A stretch of DNA of 64,000 nt from Candidatus Collierbacteria bacterium (GTDB taxonomy: Bacteria; Patescibacteriota; Microgenomatia; UBA1400; JACPES01), in the NCBI GenBank assembly GCA_016183365.1, contig JACPES010000003.1:105467-169466 (forward strand), given 5' to 3'. How positions within the stretch are numbered: position 1 is the first letter of the stretch; each line of letters opens with the position of its first letter. The notes below the pieces were generated by a model, which saw only the letters and a program-made list of their open reading frames with translations, was not told the DNA's origin and ran no database searches. A program made the translations under genes and the position numbers. This document shows, piece by piece, positions 9,507-18,574 of this stretch.

Positions 9507-10477
9507 CAAAAAAGGCTATTATAGACATTCCCCCGACCACAGAAAAAGATATAGCCAGGTGGAATAACCTTAATCCTCAAAACTACGAACGAATTATCTG
9601 GTCATCAATTCGTGATTACAACTATAAAGCACAACTTGATATTTCAGAAATGCTATTCAAAAAGTTACAGGAGCTCAAAAAAGCTGGTAAACAGGATACC
9701 TCTTTAGCAAAAAACATTTCATTCAGGATGATGCAACTATTTTTTGAAGCATCTGACCAGTTTGCTCTCGTATTTATGAGCGTAATTAACAAGGCAATAA
9801 TACCAGTTTTTGAAACCTACGTTGAGGGAAGCAATATTAAAACCAAAGATTTTTTCGCTAAATGCATAAATGGAAAAATCGGTAAAAGGAAGATATTAAG
9901 TGTCTGGGGGCTAGATAAATTAAAGATCAAGTCCATCTCCGACGTTGTAATGAGAATTAAAATGCAAACTATCGTAGATGACACTGTTAAAAAAGAGAAA
10001 AGGAACTTAAAAATTTATGGAAAATCATATGCGGATTACAATAGAAAAACAAAAAAGACAGAATATTCTTCTTCATTGAAAGGCTCTTTTTCTATAAAGC
10101 ACGGATACAAACAAATATCTTCTAACAGCCTATCATTAAGTGTGTGGAAATTCGCTAAGAGTGAACCAATTATTATGGAAGAAATCGTAGAAATAACCAG
10201 AAAAGACAATAACGAAACCAAAAGAGTAATTAAAGTGGGCAGTTTGTTTAATAGTAAAAACAGAGATATTGAAGATATTTGTAAAAGGATTTTAGAGCAT
10301 ATAGCATTTTTATCTAGAGAAATACAAGCAATTGCTAGCATACAACTCTCGCTTATAGATGACCCTTATGGTTCACTAACACTGTATGCAAAAAATGGAA
10401 TATTAAAGATCGGAAGAAACGAATCGTGTCCTTGTAATAGTTTCAAAAAATGGAAAAAGTGTCATGGTAAATACTAA
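9503..10477 (+). CDS. Hypothetical protein with a C-terminal SEC-C metal-binding motif
   Basis: Ends GRNESCPCNSFKKWKKCHGKY (SEC-C motif). Markedly AT-rich and Lys-rich. 4-nt overlap with rarA. Confidence 0.45.
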   Translation: MTKKAIIDIPPTTEKDIARWNNLNPQNYERIIWSSIRDYNYKAQLDISEMLFKKLQELKKAGKQDTSLAKNISFRMMQLFFEASDQFALVFMSVINKAIIPVFETYVEGSNIKTKDFFAKCINGKIGKRKILSVWGLDKLKIKSISDVVMRIKMQTIVDDTVKKEKRNLKIYGKSYADYNRKTKKTEYSSSLKGSFSIKHGYKQISSNSLSLSVWKFAKSEPIIMEEIVEITRKDNNETKRVIKVGSLFNSKNRDIEDICKRILEHIAFLSREIQAIASIQLSLIDDPYGSLTLYAKNGILKIGRNESCPCNSFKKWKKCHGKY

Positions 10478-10858
10478 TACCAATACTATTTTCGCATAAA
10501 TGACACAGCCCTCTCTATGACAAAACTACAAAAATGTACAACCTCAAAAAACTAATTGTTAGACAAAAGAACTTCTCACGAGATAAAAAGGGAAACTAAT
10601 AACAGGAAGTCTGCATAATTCATGGAATGAAAACTATGTACTGACGATTGTTAGATACTTAATCCCAATTAGGCAAATTGGAAATCCGCCCCGGAATCTT
10701 TCGCCAACCTTCTTATCACTTTAATCCACCTCGAAACATATCTCCTCGACCAATTGCTGCGTTCTCTGGAGAAAAAATTCATCACCGAAGGCGGATATAC
10801 CGAGAATTTGTTTAAGAAAAGATTGGATTATCGAAAACAAAATATTGGCTACTAATCT

Positions 10859-11410
10859 TTATTTATTCAAAAGATAAAGGCAAAACGCCACGATGGTCGG
10901 GCCATCAATAACCCTACCACTTTTAATGGCGTTATTTATTTCATTTTCGCTCATTCTAACGGTAATCATATCCACCTCTGATCCTTCAAGTTTCCTTTTA
11001 ATCTTACGGCAATCTAATGCAAGATAAATAAAGAACCCCACTGTATTATGGCCCGGAGCAACATTAGCAAAACCCAATCGGACAAATTTAGCCGCCTTCA
11101 ACCCTACTTCTTCTTCAAGCTCTCGTCGAAGAGCTGACTCTATAGATTCATCTTTTTCTATAGCTCCGGCCGGAAACTCCAAAGACTTTCGCTGGATAGG
11201 ATATCGACATTGCTCGATTAAATAAAAATTGTTGTCTATCTTGGGAATAATCTCTACAAAATGTCGCCCCTCCACTACGCCATAAATTCCCGGTTTCCCA
11301 TCTGGTCTAACTACCTCGTCTTGCCGAACCGTTAACCACGGATTTTCGTAGACTCGCTTCGAGGAAATAGTTTTCCAAGGATTATTTATCATAGTATCAT
11401 CCCAAATCAC
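10859..11410 (-). CDS. NUDIX hydrolase
   Basis: Nudix box GAIEKDESIESALRRELEEEVG. Confidence 0.8.
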   Translation of the reverse strand: MIWDDTMINNPWKTISSKRVYENPWLTVRQDEVVRPDGKPGIYGVVEGRHFVEIIPKIDNNFYLIEQCRYPIQRKSLEFPAGAIEKDESIESALRRELEEEVGLKAAKFVRLGFANVAPGHNTVGFFIYLALDCRKIKRKLEGSEVDMITVRMSENEINNAIKSGRVIDGPTIVAFCLYLLNK

Positions 11411-11463
11411 GCCGAATTAATGACCTTATTTTACTCTATAAACTGCAATGAAAATAAAAAAAT

Positions 11464-12024
11464 CTATATCAATAACTTTTCAATAGTGTCAACAGCAATA
11501 ATAGTATTAGAATCTGTAATTAATCCTCTGGCTGTATCAAAACTCAACCACTTCATTTCATGAAACTCCTTCGTCAACCTTACCTCATCCGGCGAAAAAC
11601 CTGTTTTGTCCACCGGCGCGAAATACCAAATATCATAATGCCGCCGGCAAATTTGCCTGCCATTTGTAATCTCGGTTATTGTCAACAGCGACGGCTCCAA
11701 AGTTTTGGCCGCCGGATGAACAAACCCCCACTCTTCGCCCATCTCTCGCTCCAAAGTTTCCCCCAGAGTTTCACCTCGGTCAACATGCCCACCGTTAAAC
11801 AACCATAAATCAGACTTTTTATGCTGGCCGACAAAAACTTCTCTTACCTTCGGGTCAAAACCGGCAAAATACACCCCAAAATGCGTCGCCGGATTTTCAT
11901 CCCGCGTCAACTTCCCTTCTCCAATCCTTCTTAAAAACTTTTTCGACAGGAGACTACCCGCAAACTTGGTCTCAACCAAACTTCTGATTTCTCTCGCCAA
12001 AGAAATGCGATTCCGAATCTTCAC
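11464..12024 (-). CDS. NUDIX hydrolase
   Basis: Nudix box GGHVDRGETLGETLEREMGEEWG. Confidence 0.8.
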   Translation of the reverse strand: MKIRNRISLAREIRSLVETKFAGSLLSKKFLRRIGEGKLTRDENPATHFGVYFAGFDPKVREVFVGQHKKSDLWLFNGGHVDRGETLGETLEREMGEEWGFVHPAAKTLEPSLLTITEITNGRQICRRHYDIWYFAPVDKTGFSPDEVRLTKEFHEMKWLSFDTARGLITDSNTIIAVDTIEKLLI

Positions 12025-12068
12025 GCCTCCAATTGTAAACCATCACCATCACCATCAACATATAACTA

Positions 12069-12094
12069 GGTTAAATGATTCAAATCATTTAACC
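12069..12094. promoter_or_regulatory. Perfect 26-bp palindrome ggttaaatgattCaaatcatttaacc (family C, copy 1), 45 bp upstream of the NUDIX gene start
   Basis: Inverted repeat read directly. A second copy of the core is at 14053-14072. Confidence 0.4.
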
Positions 12095-12264
12095 TTCATT
12101 TATAAATTTCTTTTCTATGTCCCACCGCCAGAACAATGATGTTTTCCCCTTTAACGTCAACAGTCACCCGATAATCGTTAAGTCAGTCGAATCCACTAAT
12201 TCTTCCCAACCCCCCTCATCCTCTCAAAAAATGTCAAAGAGAATAGAGTAAAATAAATTTATCC

Positions 12265-12839
12265 ATGCCCAAACAAAGCCTCTCCAAGAAACATCTCAAG
12301 CTTCGTCAAGTTATTTACGCCTTTATCGATAGCCAGAATTTGAATTTAGGGACGGGTAAAGATATTTATAAAGGTAAAAAACTTATATACAAAGGTTGGA
12401 AATTGGATTTTAAAAAATTCCGGCAATATTTGTCTGATAAATTCCGCGCCGCAAAGGCGGTTTTATTTATCGGCTACATTAAGCAAAATGAAAAACTTTA
12501 TAGGCAGCTAAAATCATATGGATACGATCTCGTTTACAAACCCACTGTAAAAGATAATCACGGAAAAGCCAAGGGTAACGTGGACGCCGAGCTTGTTCTT
12601 CACGCGGCCGCCATTGAATATTGCATTACGACAAAGCCGTTATTGTGTCAGGAGACGGAGATTTCCATTGTTTATATGAGTATTTAGGAAAGCACAATAA
12701 ACTTTTTGGAATAATCATCCCTAACGAGAAATCAGAATCATCCTTACTAAGACAATTTCAATTATTTAAAACATTTCTCGTTTTTGACAGGAATAAGCTG
12801 GAGTTTAGGCCATTAAAAAATGGAGGGCGTCGCCCATAG
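12265..12839 (+). pseudogene. NYN (LabA-like) domain gene split by a frameshift
   Basis: ORF 12265-12687 carries the N-terminal NYN motifs (IDSQNL, GNVDAELVLHAA). ORF 12621-12839, in another frame, carries the downstream NYN motif DKAVIVSGDGDF. The frame shift is near 12625. Confidence 0.6.
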
Positions 12840-12910
12840 ACACGTAGTCTAAGGTTCGTATTCCTCCTTATGATGAGAGTATTATAGCTGTAGCAAACAC
12901 CTCAAGTCAA

Positions 12911-13477
12911 ATGAAACTTAAACACCACAATTTCCATTGGAGATATAAGAATTTAATCTTGACTTTTATTAGCATACTGTTGGCGGTATCGATTTCAAAG
13001 ATCGAATCAATCCATCAATTTTTAGCCGGTTTGGGAAATTTTGGATACGTCAGCGCTTTCATTGCCGGCGGATTATTCGTTTCCACTTTTACTGTGGCTC
13101 CGGGAGCCATAATTTTATTTTTCTTAGCCGAAACTTTTACTCCTTGGGAAATCGGTTTGTTTGCCGGATTGGGGGCGGTAGTTGGGGATTTAACTATTTT
13201 TAAATTCGTTAAAACCGGCTTGGCCGGCGAAATAACCGATATCTACAACCATGTTGACACCAGACATCATTTGAAAAAACTGTTTCATTCCAGATATTTC
13301 AGCTGGACCTTGCCGGTAGTCGGGGCGCTGATTATCGCCTCGCCTTTACCGGATGAATTGGGAGTGACTCTGATGGGCATTTCCCGTTTAAACAGTTTGC
13401 AGTTTTTAATAATCTCTTTCTTCTTAAACTCCATCGGAATATTCCTGATAATCTCCGGCGCGGCTTTGATTAAATAG
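12911..13477 (+). CDS. Hypothetical polytopic membrane protein
   Basis: 188 aa with 5-6 predicted TM helices. No family assigned. Confidence 0.45.
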   Translation: MKLKHHNFHWRYKNLILTFISILLAVSISKIESIHQFLAGLGNFGYVSAFIAGGLFVSTFTVAPGAIILFFLAETFTPWEIGLFAGLGAVVGDLTIFKFVKTGLAGEITDIYNHVDTRHHLKKLFHSRYFSWTLPVVGALIIASPLPDELGVTLMGISRLNSLQFLIISFFLNSIGIFLIISGAALIK

Positions 13478-13637
13478 CCATTTCAACCAGCTGATTTTCT
13501 TTCCCCCAATCCCCTCATCTCCTGTATCTTCTTCTTGACTTGGATTGATTAAATCCTTCGCCGACTATCGGAAAATGGTGAAACGGAAAGCAAACCTTGA
13601 TGTACAATGATTGATTTAAGAGAAGAAATAATAATTT

Positions 13638-13970
13638 ATGACTGAATATTTTAATTCACCGGCAGAAGCGACGGACGTCAGAAACGAATTAAAAAAAGCC
13701 AAGAAACAAGGAGCGGTTAGTGGCGGAGTGTTTGGGAGTATCTTAAAACCCGGCGGACGTAAACCTAACAGCGATATTGATATCGTTATCAATGATCATA
13801 AGGCGCCATATTTTGGTGAAATCGAGCAGAAAAAGGGCAAGAAGAGCGGAACCTGGCTACATATTTTCAGAAAAAAACCGGGGATGACCGAGGGCAAAAG
13901 CCGTTACGAAGAAATTCTAGATGAGGCTGAAATCGAGGGCAGAAAATTGTTTGGCGGCAAGAAACCCTGA
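13638..13970 (+). CDS. Minimal nucleotidyltransferase (MNT/Pol-beta superfamily) domain protein
   Basis: Signature GS-x(10)-DIDIV in VFGSILKPGGRKPNSDIDIVI. Confidence 0.5.
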   Translation: MTEYFNSPAEATDVRNELKKAKKQGAVSGGVFGSILKPGGRKPNSDIDIVINDHKAPYFGEIEQKKGKKSGTWLHIFRKKPGMTEGKSRYEEILDEAEIEGRKLFGGKKP

Positions 13971-14052
13971 ATATTCAGCAGTCTCCTGAATCAGCATTTT
14001 CTTCGTCAGATTCCCGAAATCCACACCCGTCTCAAATATAGTATAGTAATGT

Positions 14053-14072
14053 AAAATGATTTAAATCATTTT
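14053..14072. promoter_or_regulatory. 20-bp palindrome aaaatgattTaaatcatttt (family C, copy 2)
   Basis: Inverted repeat sharing the AAATGATTyAAATCATTT core with 12069-12094. Confidence 0.4.
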
Positions 14073-14101
14073 ATAGTTTTATTCCAAAATTATCGTGGGT
14101 C

Positions 14102-14335
14102 ATGGGTTTGTACAGACTCTTGATTTGGTTATTTAAAACTGTTTACAATAGAGTTATAATCTGTTTATATGAAAAAGAAGCAAACCCAAAACCAGTTTAT
14201 TTTATAGCTACTAAACATAAGAATAGTCCGGCGAAGGTTGCTTTCTACACAAAAGACGGTGGGCAGGTACCAGAGGATAAGGTAGAGAAAGAACCTACCA
14301 AGTCCGGCGTGCGTCTTTATACTTTTGCGTATTGA
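14102..14335 (+). CDS. Hypothetical small protein
   Basis: ORF only, AT-rich island. No homology recognised. Confidence 0.25.
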   Translation: MGLYRLLIWLFKTVYNRVIICLYEKEANPKPVYFIATKHKNSPAKVAFYTKDGGQVPEDKVEKEPTKSGVRLYTFAY

Positions 14336-14371
14336 TTCTCTCCTCATGTCGAAGAAAAAAATCGAGCCCCC

Positions 14372-14608
14372 TTGCCTCTGTCGATTTTGATATCGGGATC
14401 GGAGAAAATATTCCCTCTACACAGGAAGCCTTTAGAACTGGGACACATTCTTAAGAGGTTAGGAAAGAAGAGAAAAAAAGAATATAGATCTCGCAATATA
14501 GATAATATAGCAAAAACTGTTCTTGACGTTTTAAAAGAGTCGGCCGTCGGCGGAATGATGAAAAGAAACCTAAGCTTTAAGCAACTCCTTGATTCTGTTT
14601 TGCACTAA
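14372..14608 (+). CDS. Hypothetical small protein
   Basis: ORF only. No homology recognised. Confidence 0.25.
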   Translation: MPLSILISGSEKIFPLHRKPLELGHILKRLGKKRKKEYRSRNIDNIAKTVLDVLKESAVGGMMKRNLSFKQLLDSVLH

Positions 14609-14663
14609 GCGTTTCAGGACCGTCAGGCAAACTAATGCTGATAATTTAAGTTATAATAAAGTT

Positions 14664-14855
14664 ATGAATGACAAGCGAGCGCGCACCAGCGAGGGGAAGT
14701 ATCGGTCGATAAGAAGCGATACGAAAGTCGGTACTATTGAGCGAAAGTATGGCGTCGATTTGGGCGTTCGGCCGGATATGAAGCTGGGTAACTATCTTCA
14801 AAAGAAGGGCTATCCGTCGCTATCCAGCATGCTTAGAGATGCCGACTCTAAATGA
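14664..14855 (+). CDS. Hypothetical small protein
   Basis: ORF with a 4-nt overlap (ATGA) to the next gene. Start taken at MNDKRAR. Confidence 0.25.
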   Translation: MNDKRARTSEGKYRSIRSDTKVGTIERKYGVDLGVRPDMKLGNYLQKKGYPSLSSMLRDADSK

Positions 14856-15391
14856 GCAATTTCCCTTTTATCCAGAATCAAATTCTCCGTTTTAATCTAG
14901 ATGAAGCTTTTGTGCATATTGTTGACCTGCTTACCCTTTCCGAATCCGAGTCTTATAAAGGCAAAAATACTCTGGTAAGCAGCTTAAGAAAAACGATTAT
15001 TATTCATACGGCTTCCATAATTGAGGCCTTGCTATTATGGAAATTTAAACAAGTTTGCAATACGACAAAAATCGAACTTGCCGATGAATGGAAATATTTT
15101 TACATCAAACCAATTTATAAGATAAGCGAGTCGCAAGAAGTAATAGCCGGTTTTCGTAGAAAGGAACAAAGAGATATCGACAGAATCGAGTTTATCAGAG
15201 TAACAGAGTTGTGCCAAAAATATAACATTCTTCGTTCAAAGACACTGAGGACCGACATCGATACAGTCAGAGAGTTAAGAAATAAAATGCATATCGGGGG
15301 ACTTCCCGAAACAGAAGAAGAGTATAAGAAAAACGACCTTGAATTTTGTTTTGATGTTGCCAAGCGAATGAAAAAGTTGGTATCAAACTAA
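14852..15391 (+). CDS. Hypothetical protein, possibly a HEPN-like domain
   Basis: Contains an R-x6-H motif within RELRNKMH, resembling the HEPN R-x4-6-H signature. Weak evidence. Confidence 0.3.
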   Translation: MSNFPFIQNQILRFNLDEAFVHIVDLLTLSESESYKGKNTLVSSLRKTIIIHTASIIEALLLWKFKQVCNTTKIELADEWKYFYIKPIYKISESQEVIAGFRRKEQRDIDRIEFIRVTELCQKYNILRSKTLRTDIDTVRELRNKMHIGGLPETEEEYKKNDLEFCFDVAKRMKKLVSN

Positions 15392-15520
15392 TCTTTTTCC
15401 TTCGTGATTTGACTAGCTGAAGCCTTGGCGAAAGAAGGCCGCGGAGAGTTAATGACGAGGGGAATAATGACATTCTCAAATTATTCAGAATATTAGAATA
15501 ATGGATGGGGAGTTTGAAAA

Positions 15521-16246
15521 ATGAGAAATTATTTAACAATTGTTTTTATTGTGGGGATACTGGTTTTGGTGGTGGTCTTTGGCTATCGAAAAATATCTAG
15601 GCAGATAAATCAAGTGCCAAAACCTCAACTGGTGGAGGCGGCTGTTTTTTCCAAATTGGCAAAAGACGAAAACAATTTTCTTTTAGACGTCCATATTCCG
15701 GAGCAGACTCATATTCCGGGAACTAAAAAATTTATTCCATTCGATAAAATCTCTGAAAACTCTGACCAGCTTCCCGATGATAAAAATACTCCGATATTGG
15801 TCTATTGCCGGTCGGGGAATATGAGTAAAATCGCCGCGCAAAAAATTTCCCAACTTGGGTATACAAAAGTTTATGATCTGAAAGGCGGAATTGACGGATA
15901 TAAAGAATCCAATGTTGAGGTAAAAATTTATCCGTCAAGTCAGGATTTAGGCGAAGTAATTTACGGTGATGTGGCAACGACCACTTTTACTTTGACTAAT
16001 TTTTCGCAGGCGTCGTTAAAAATTACCGGAATCTCAACTTCCTGCGGTTGCACCAAAGCCGGAATGGAAAAGAAGGAATTAAAAGCTTACGAGACGGCTG
16101 AAATCAAGGTGTCTTTCGATCCGGCGGTGCATAAAGACGATACTGATTTGGGAGATCTTATCAGAACTATTTATATAGAAACCGACAATCCGAATTTTCC
16201 GCGGCTGACGAGTAACATTACCGCCAAAGTGATTAAGGGGAACTAA
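15521..16246 (+). CDS. Rhodanese-domain protein with a C-terminal DUF1573 domain
   Basis: N-terminal TM helix, rhodanese active-site loop VYCRSGNMS, C-terminal DUF1573-like region with a CGC motif. Confidence 0.6.
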   Translation: MRNYLTIVFIVGILVLVVVFGYRKISRQINQVPKPQLVEAAVFSKLAKDENNFLLDVHIPEQTHIPGTKKFIPFDKISENSDQLPDDKNTPILVYCRSGNMSKIAAQKISQLGYTKVYDLKGGIDGYKESNVEVKIYPSSQDLGEVIYGDVATTTFTLTNFSQASLKITGISTSCGCTKAGMEKKELKAYETAEIKVSFDPAVHKDDTDLGDLIRTIYIETDNPNFPRLTSNITAKVIKGN

Positions 16247-16776
16247 CCTTCCGGTTCGGGGGGTAGAAATTCTTCTCCGCCGGAATCGCTTTTGGAAGCA
16301 TAATCGCCGGGTTTAAGCCATTGGATATAAGTGCAGCCGGTGGCTTCGCGTTTGGCGCTGTCCCAACCGCTGGTGGAGCATTTCTTCATTTTCTTACCCT
16401 TGGCGGTGGTGTAAAACACCAATTTTTTGCCGCATTGCGGGCAGTCTTCGTTAGACTCTTCAGTTTTTCCGCTTATCCATTCGATAAAATCGCAGCCTTC
16501 GGCTTTTCTGGTGTCTTTATTCCAAGTATTAGTTGAACACTTTTTCATCTTCTTGCCAAACCGGGTGACGGCCATAACCAGGGGCGAACCGCACTTGGGG
16601 CATTTTTCATCTAACTCTTGGGGTTGGGGAACCAGCCATTTAACATAATCGCAACCCTCATTTTTCCGGGTGTCTTTATTCCAGTTGCCCTTGGAGCAGC
16701 GCTGGAGTTGGCGGCCGGTCGAAGTTTCCGCAACCGCCGATAAGCTGGCCCCGCATTTAGGACATTTTTCTTCCAT
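16243..16776 (-). CDS. Protein of three tandem topoisomerase-type C4 zinc-ribbon domains (zf-C4_Topoisom-like)
   Basis: Three repeats of CP(K/Q)CG-x-L ... CS-x-W-x ... GC-x-(Y/F)-x-W. Confidence 0.6.
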   Translation of the reverse strand: MEEKCPKCGASLSAVAETSTGRQLQRCSKGNWNKDTRKNEGCDYVKWLVPQPQELDEKCPKCGSPLVMAVTRFGKKMKKCSTNTWNKDTRKAEGCDFIEWISGKTEESNEDCPQCGKKLVFYTTAKGKKMKKCSTSGWDSAKREATGCTYIQWLKPGDYASKSDSGGEEFLPPEPEG

Positions 16777-16832
16777 ATAAATAATATATCAGATTTTGAT
16801 TTGTAAAGATATAGATTATTTTGTCTATCCCT

Positions 16833-16854
16833 AGATATCGATATTTTAAAACAT
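16833..16854. repeat. Family A palindromic motif (partial copy) agatatcgatattttaaaa
   Basis: Matches the left arm and centre of the 26-bp palindrome atatcgatattttaaaatatcgatat found at 25867, 26353 and 35821. Confidence 0.4.
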
Positions 16855-16886
16855 TAAACCTTTGTCAATCAGCATGTTTGGCGGAA

Positions 16887-17762
16887 TTACAGGACTATAC
16901 TTGTTTCGTCGGGGCTGGAATTAAAACCGGGCTTAGCGACGATATAAACATCTTGCTTAAAATCATTGATCCCGACCTGCTCGCCTTTTCCGGCAATTAT
17001 AGCCAAATACGGCTGGCAAACCCGGCAGCCGCTTTCGCCCTGCGGGCATTTAAACCGGTTTAACTGCCGGGCCAGTTTTAGCTGTTTGGCGATTATTAAC
17101 AATTTTTCGTGGGATTCTTTTTTATCCGGCAATTTCATTTCATTCGGCGTTTTAGAGTGGCCCAGGTACCAATAGCTGGCTTTGGCGACGACCCGATCCT
17201 GGCAATTCTCGACTAACAGATAGTAAATCGAGAGCTGAAGGGAGTCAGCGTCTTGTTTCTGCTTGCCGGTTTTAAAGTCTATGATATGAATCTTATCCTC
17301 GTCTTTTAAGTATTCCAGCCAGTCTATTTTGCCACACAAAATAATATTGTCTTCTTCCGACAGCCAAAAATACGGCAGGCCGGCCTTTATTTTAACGGCC
17401 AAATTTTTTAAAGGCCCGGGATTTTCTTCAATCATTTTAAGCATCTTCAAACCCTGATCTTTGTAATGATTTTCCGTCGCAATATCTAAAAATCCGCCCT
17501 GTTTGCCGCTGACTTTTTTCCAAGTAGGTTCAAATTTTTTCCACAACGGCTGTCTGAACCTGTCCTCAACCGCCAAAACCGACAACGATTCAACCACTTC
17601 GTGAACCGCCTGTCCCAAAGCCAATGACGGATTTATTAAAGTAATTTTATGTCCAGTGGCTTTATCGCGGTAAACGTTGTGCAGATAGTAGGCTCGGGGA
17701 CATTTGAGGAAATCCGAAATTGACGAATGCGATACCCAAACTGCGGTAAATTTATCTTTCAT
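16887..17762 (-). CDS. PD-(D/E)XK nuclease family protein (Cas4/RecB-like, DUF83 type) with an Fe-S cysteine cluster
   Basis: N-terminal Cys (CPRAYYL), core IDFKTG, and a C-terminal CPQGESGCRVCQP cysteine triad as in Cas4-like exonucleases. No CRISPR array in the window. Confidence 0.6.
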   Translation of the reverse strand: MKDKFTAVWVSHSSISDFLKCPRAYYLHNVYRDKATGHKITLINPSLALGQAVHEVVESLSVLAVEDRFRQPLWKKFEPTWKKVSGKQGGFLDIATENHYKDQGLKMLKMIEENPGPLKNLAVKIKAGLPYFWLSEEDNIILCGKIDWLEYLKDEDKIHIIDFKTGKQKQDADSLQLSIYYLLVENCQDRVVAKASYWYLGHSKTPNEMKLPDKKESHEKLLIIAKQLKLARQLNRFKCPQGESGCRVCQPYLAIIAGKGEQVGINDFKQDVYIVAKPGFNSSPDETSIVL

Positions 17763-17837
17763 TATTTATATCTTACTACTATTTATAATGGACTCATCTT
17801 CAGCTGATTCTCAGCCGTTTGGGAATATAATTCACTT

Positions 17838-17960
17838 ATGAGGATTTTGGTAGTTGAAGATGAGCGCAAAATTGCCGATTCGATCAAGAAGGGATTAGAG
17901 CAGGAGCGCGCGGAGCGCCGCAAAAAGAAGACTCTCGCTGGGGCGGCGAAGTCGCCAATT
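17838..17960 (+). pseudogene. Truncated N-terminal fragment of an OmpR-type response regulator receiver domain
   Basis: 41-aa ORF MRILVVEDERKIADSIKKGLEQE... matches the receiver-domain N-terminus, then reads into non-homologous sequence. Its stop abuts the 3' end of the CBASS effector gene. Confidence 0.5.
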
Positions 17961-18559
17961 TAAAAACGCTTTCTTAATTCTGTGGTTTCGTATTCAAAAA
18001 ACATATCACCTTGATTCCCTATGCTGTTCCAATAAAAACCTTCAATTCGATTATCTGCTGGAAGATATCGTATTTTCCCACTACCCTTATGTTGTTGCAT
18101 TGTGCCGCATTTTAGTGTGTTAGGGTCATTGTCATATGCATAGAACAAATATATTTCACTATTTAATTTTGTGAATGCACAAACCACACTTTCTGATTTA
18201 GATTTTTCGTAGTACCCCCTTACCAACACGGAAGAAAAAGTTTGTTCTATCTCAAGACAACCTTTTACCTCAACGTTTTTACCATTTTCTTGATAAGAAG
18301 ATCGCTGTTTTCCTTTCCACCGTCTGTTCAAATTGGGAATTGAAACTATCCCAAATGCTGTAAAAATGGGGCACCGCCATAAATATCGATCAAAGAGCAA
18401 GTATATTAATCCGTAACCGTAGATCGGAGACAAAGTGTCCACCCAGTATGGCAAGCTTGGTAAGATTTTACTGAACAGCCATGCTATAAGCAGGCTCAGC
18501 AATGGCATGACGCCTGCAAATAAAATAATGTGGCTTGTCTTTTTAAAATCCACTCCCAT
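17960..18559 (-). CDS. CBASS effector, two N-terminal TM helices plus a beta-rich C-terminal domain (Cap15-like)
   Basis: 199 aa. Two hydrophobic helices at residues about 10-70, C-terminal domain with no catalytic motifs. Sits directly downstream of a CD-NTase gene in the same orientation. Confidence 0.55.
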   Translation of the reverse strand: MGVDFKKTSHIILFAGVMPLLSLLIAWLFSKILPSLPYWVDTLSPIYGYGLIYLLFDRYLWRCPIFTAFGIVSIPNLNRRWKGKQRSSYQENGKNVEVKGCLEIEQTFSSVLVRGYYEKSKSESVVCAFTKLNSEIYLFYAYDNDPNTLKCGTMQQHKGSGKIRYLPADNRIEGFYWNSIGNQGDMFFEYETTELRKRF

Positions 18560-18574
18560 ATACTATTAGTTGTT

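Noticed and set aside
12790-12860. tRNA-like GGTTCGTATTCC motif
   Set aside because: No cloverleaf could be built. There is no matching acceptor stem or D-arm.
16243-16776. Tandem DNA repeat inside the zinc-ribbon gene
   Set aside because: Periodicity reflects three protein-domain repeats (zf-C4_Topoisom-like) with diverged DNA, not a non-coding tandem repeat.
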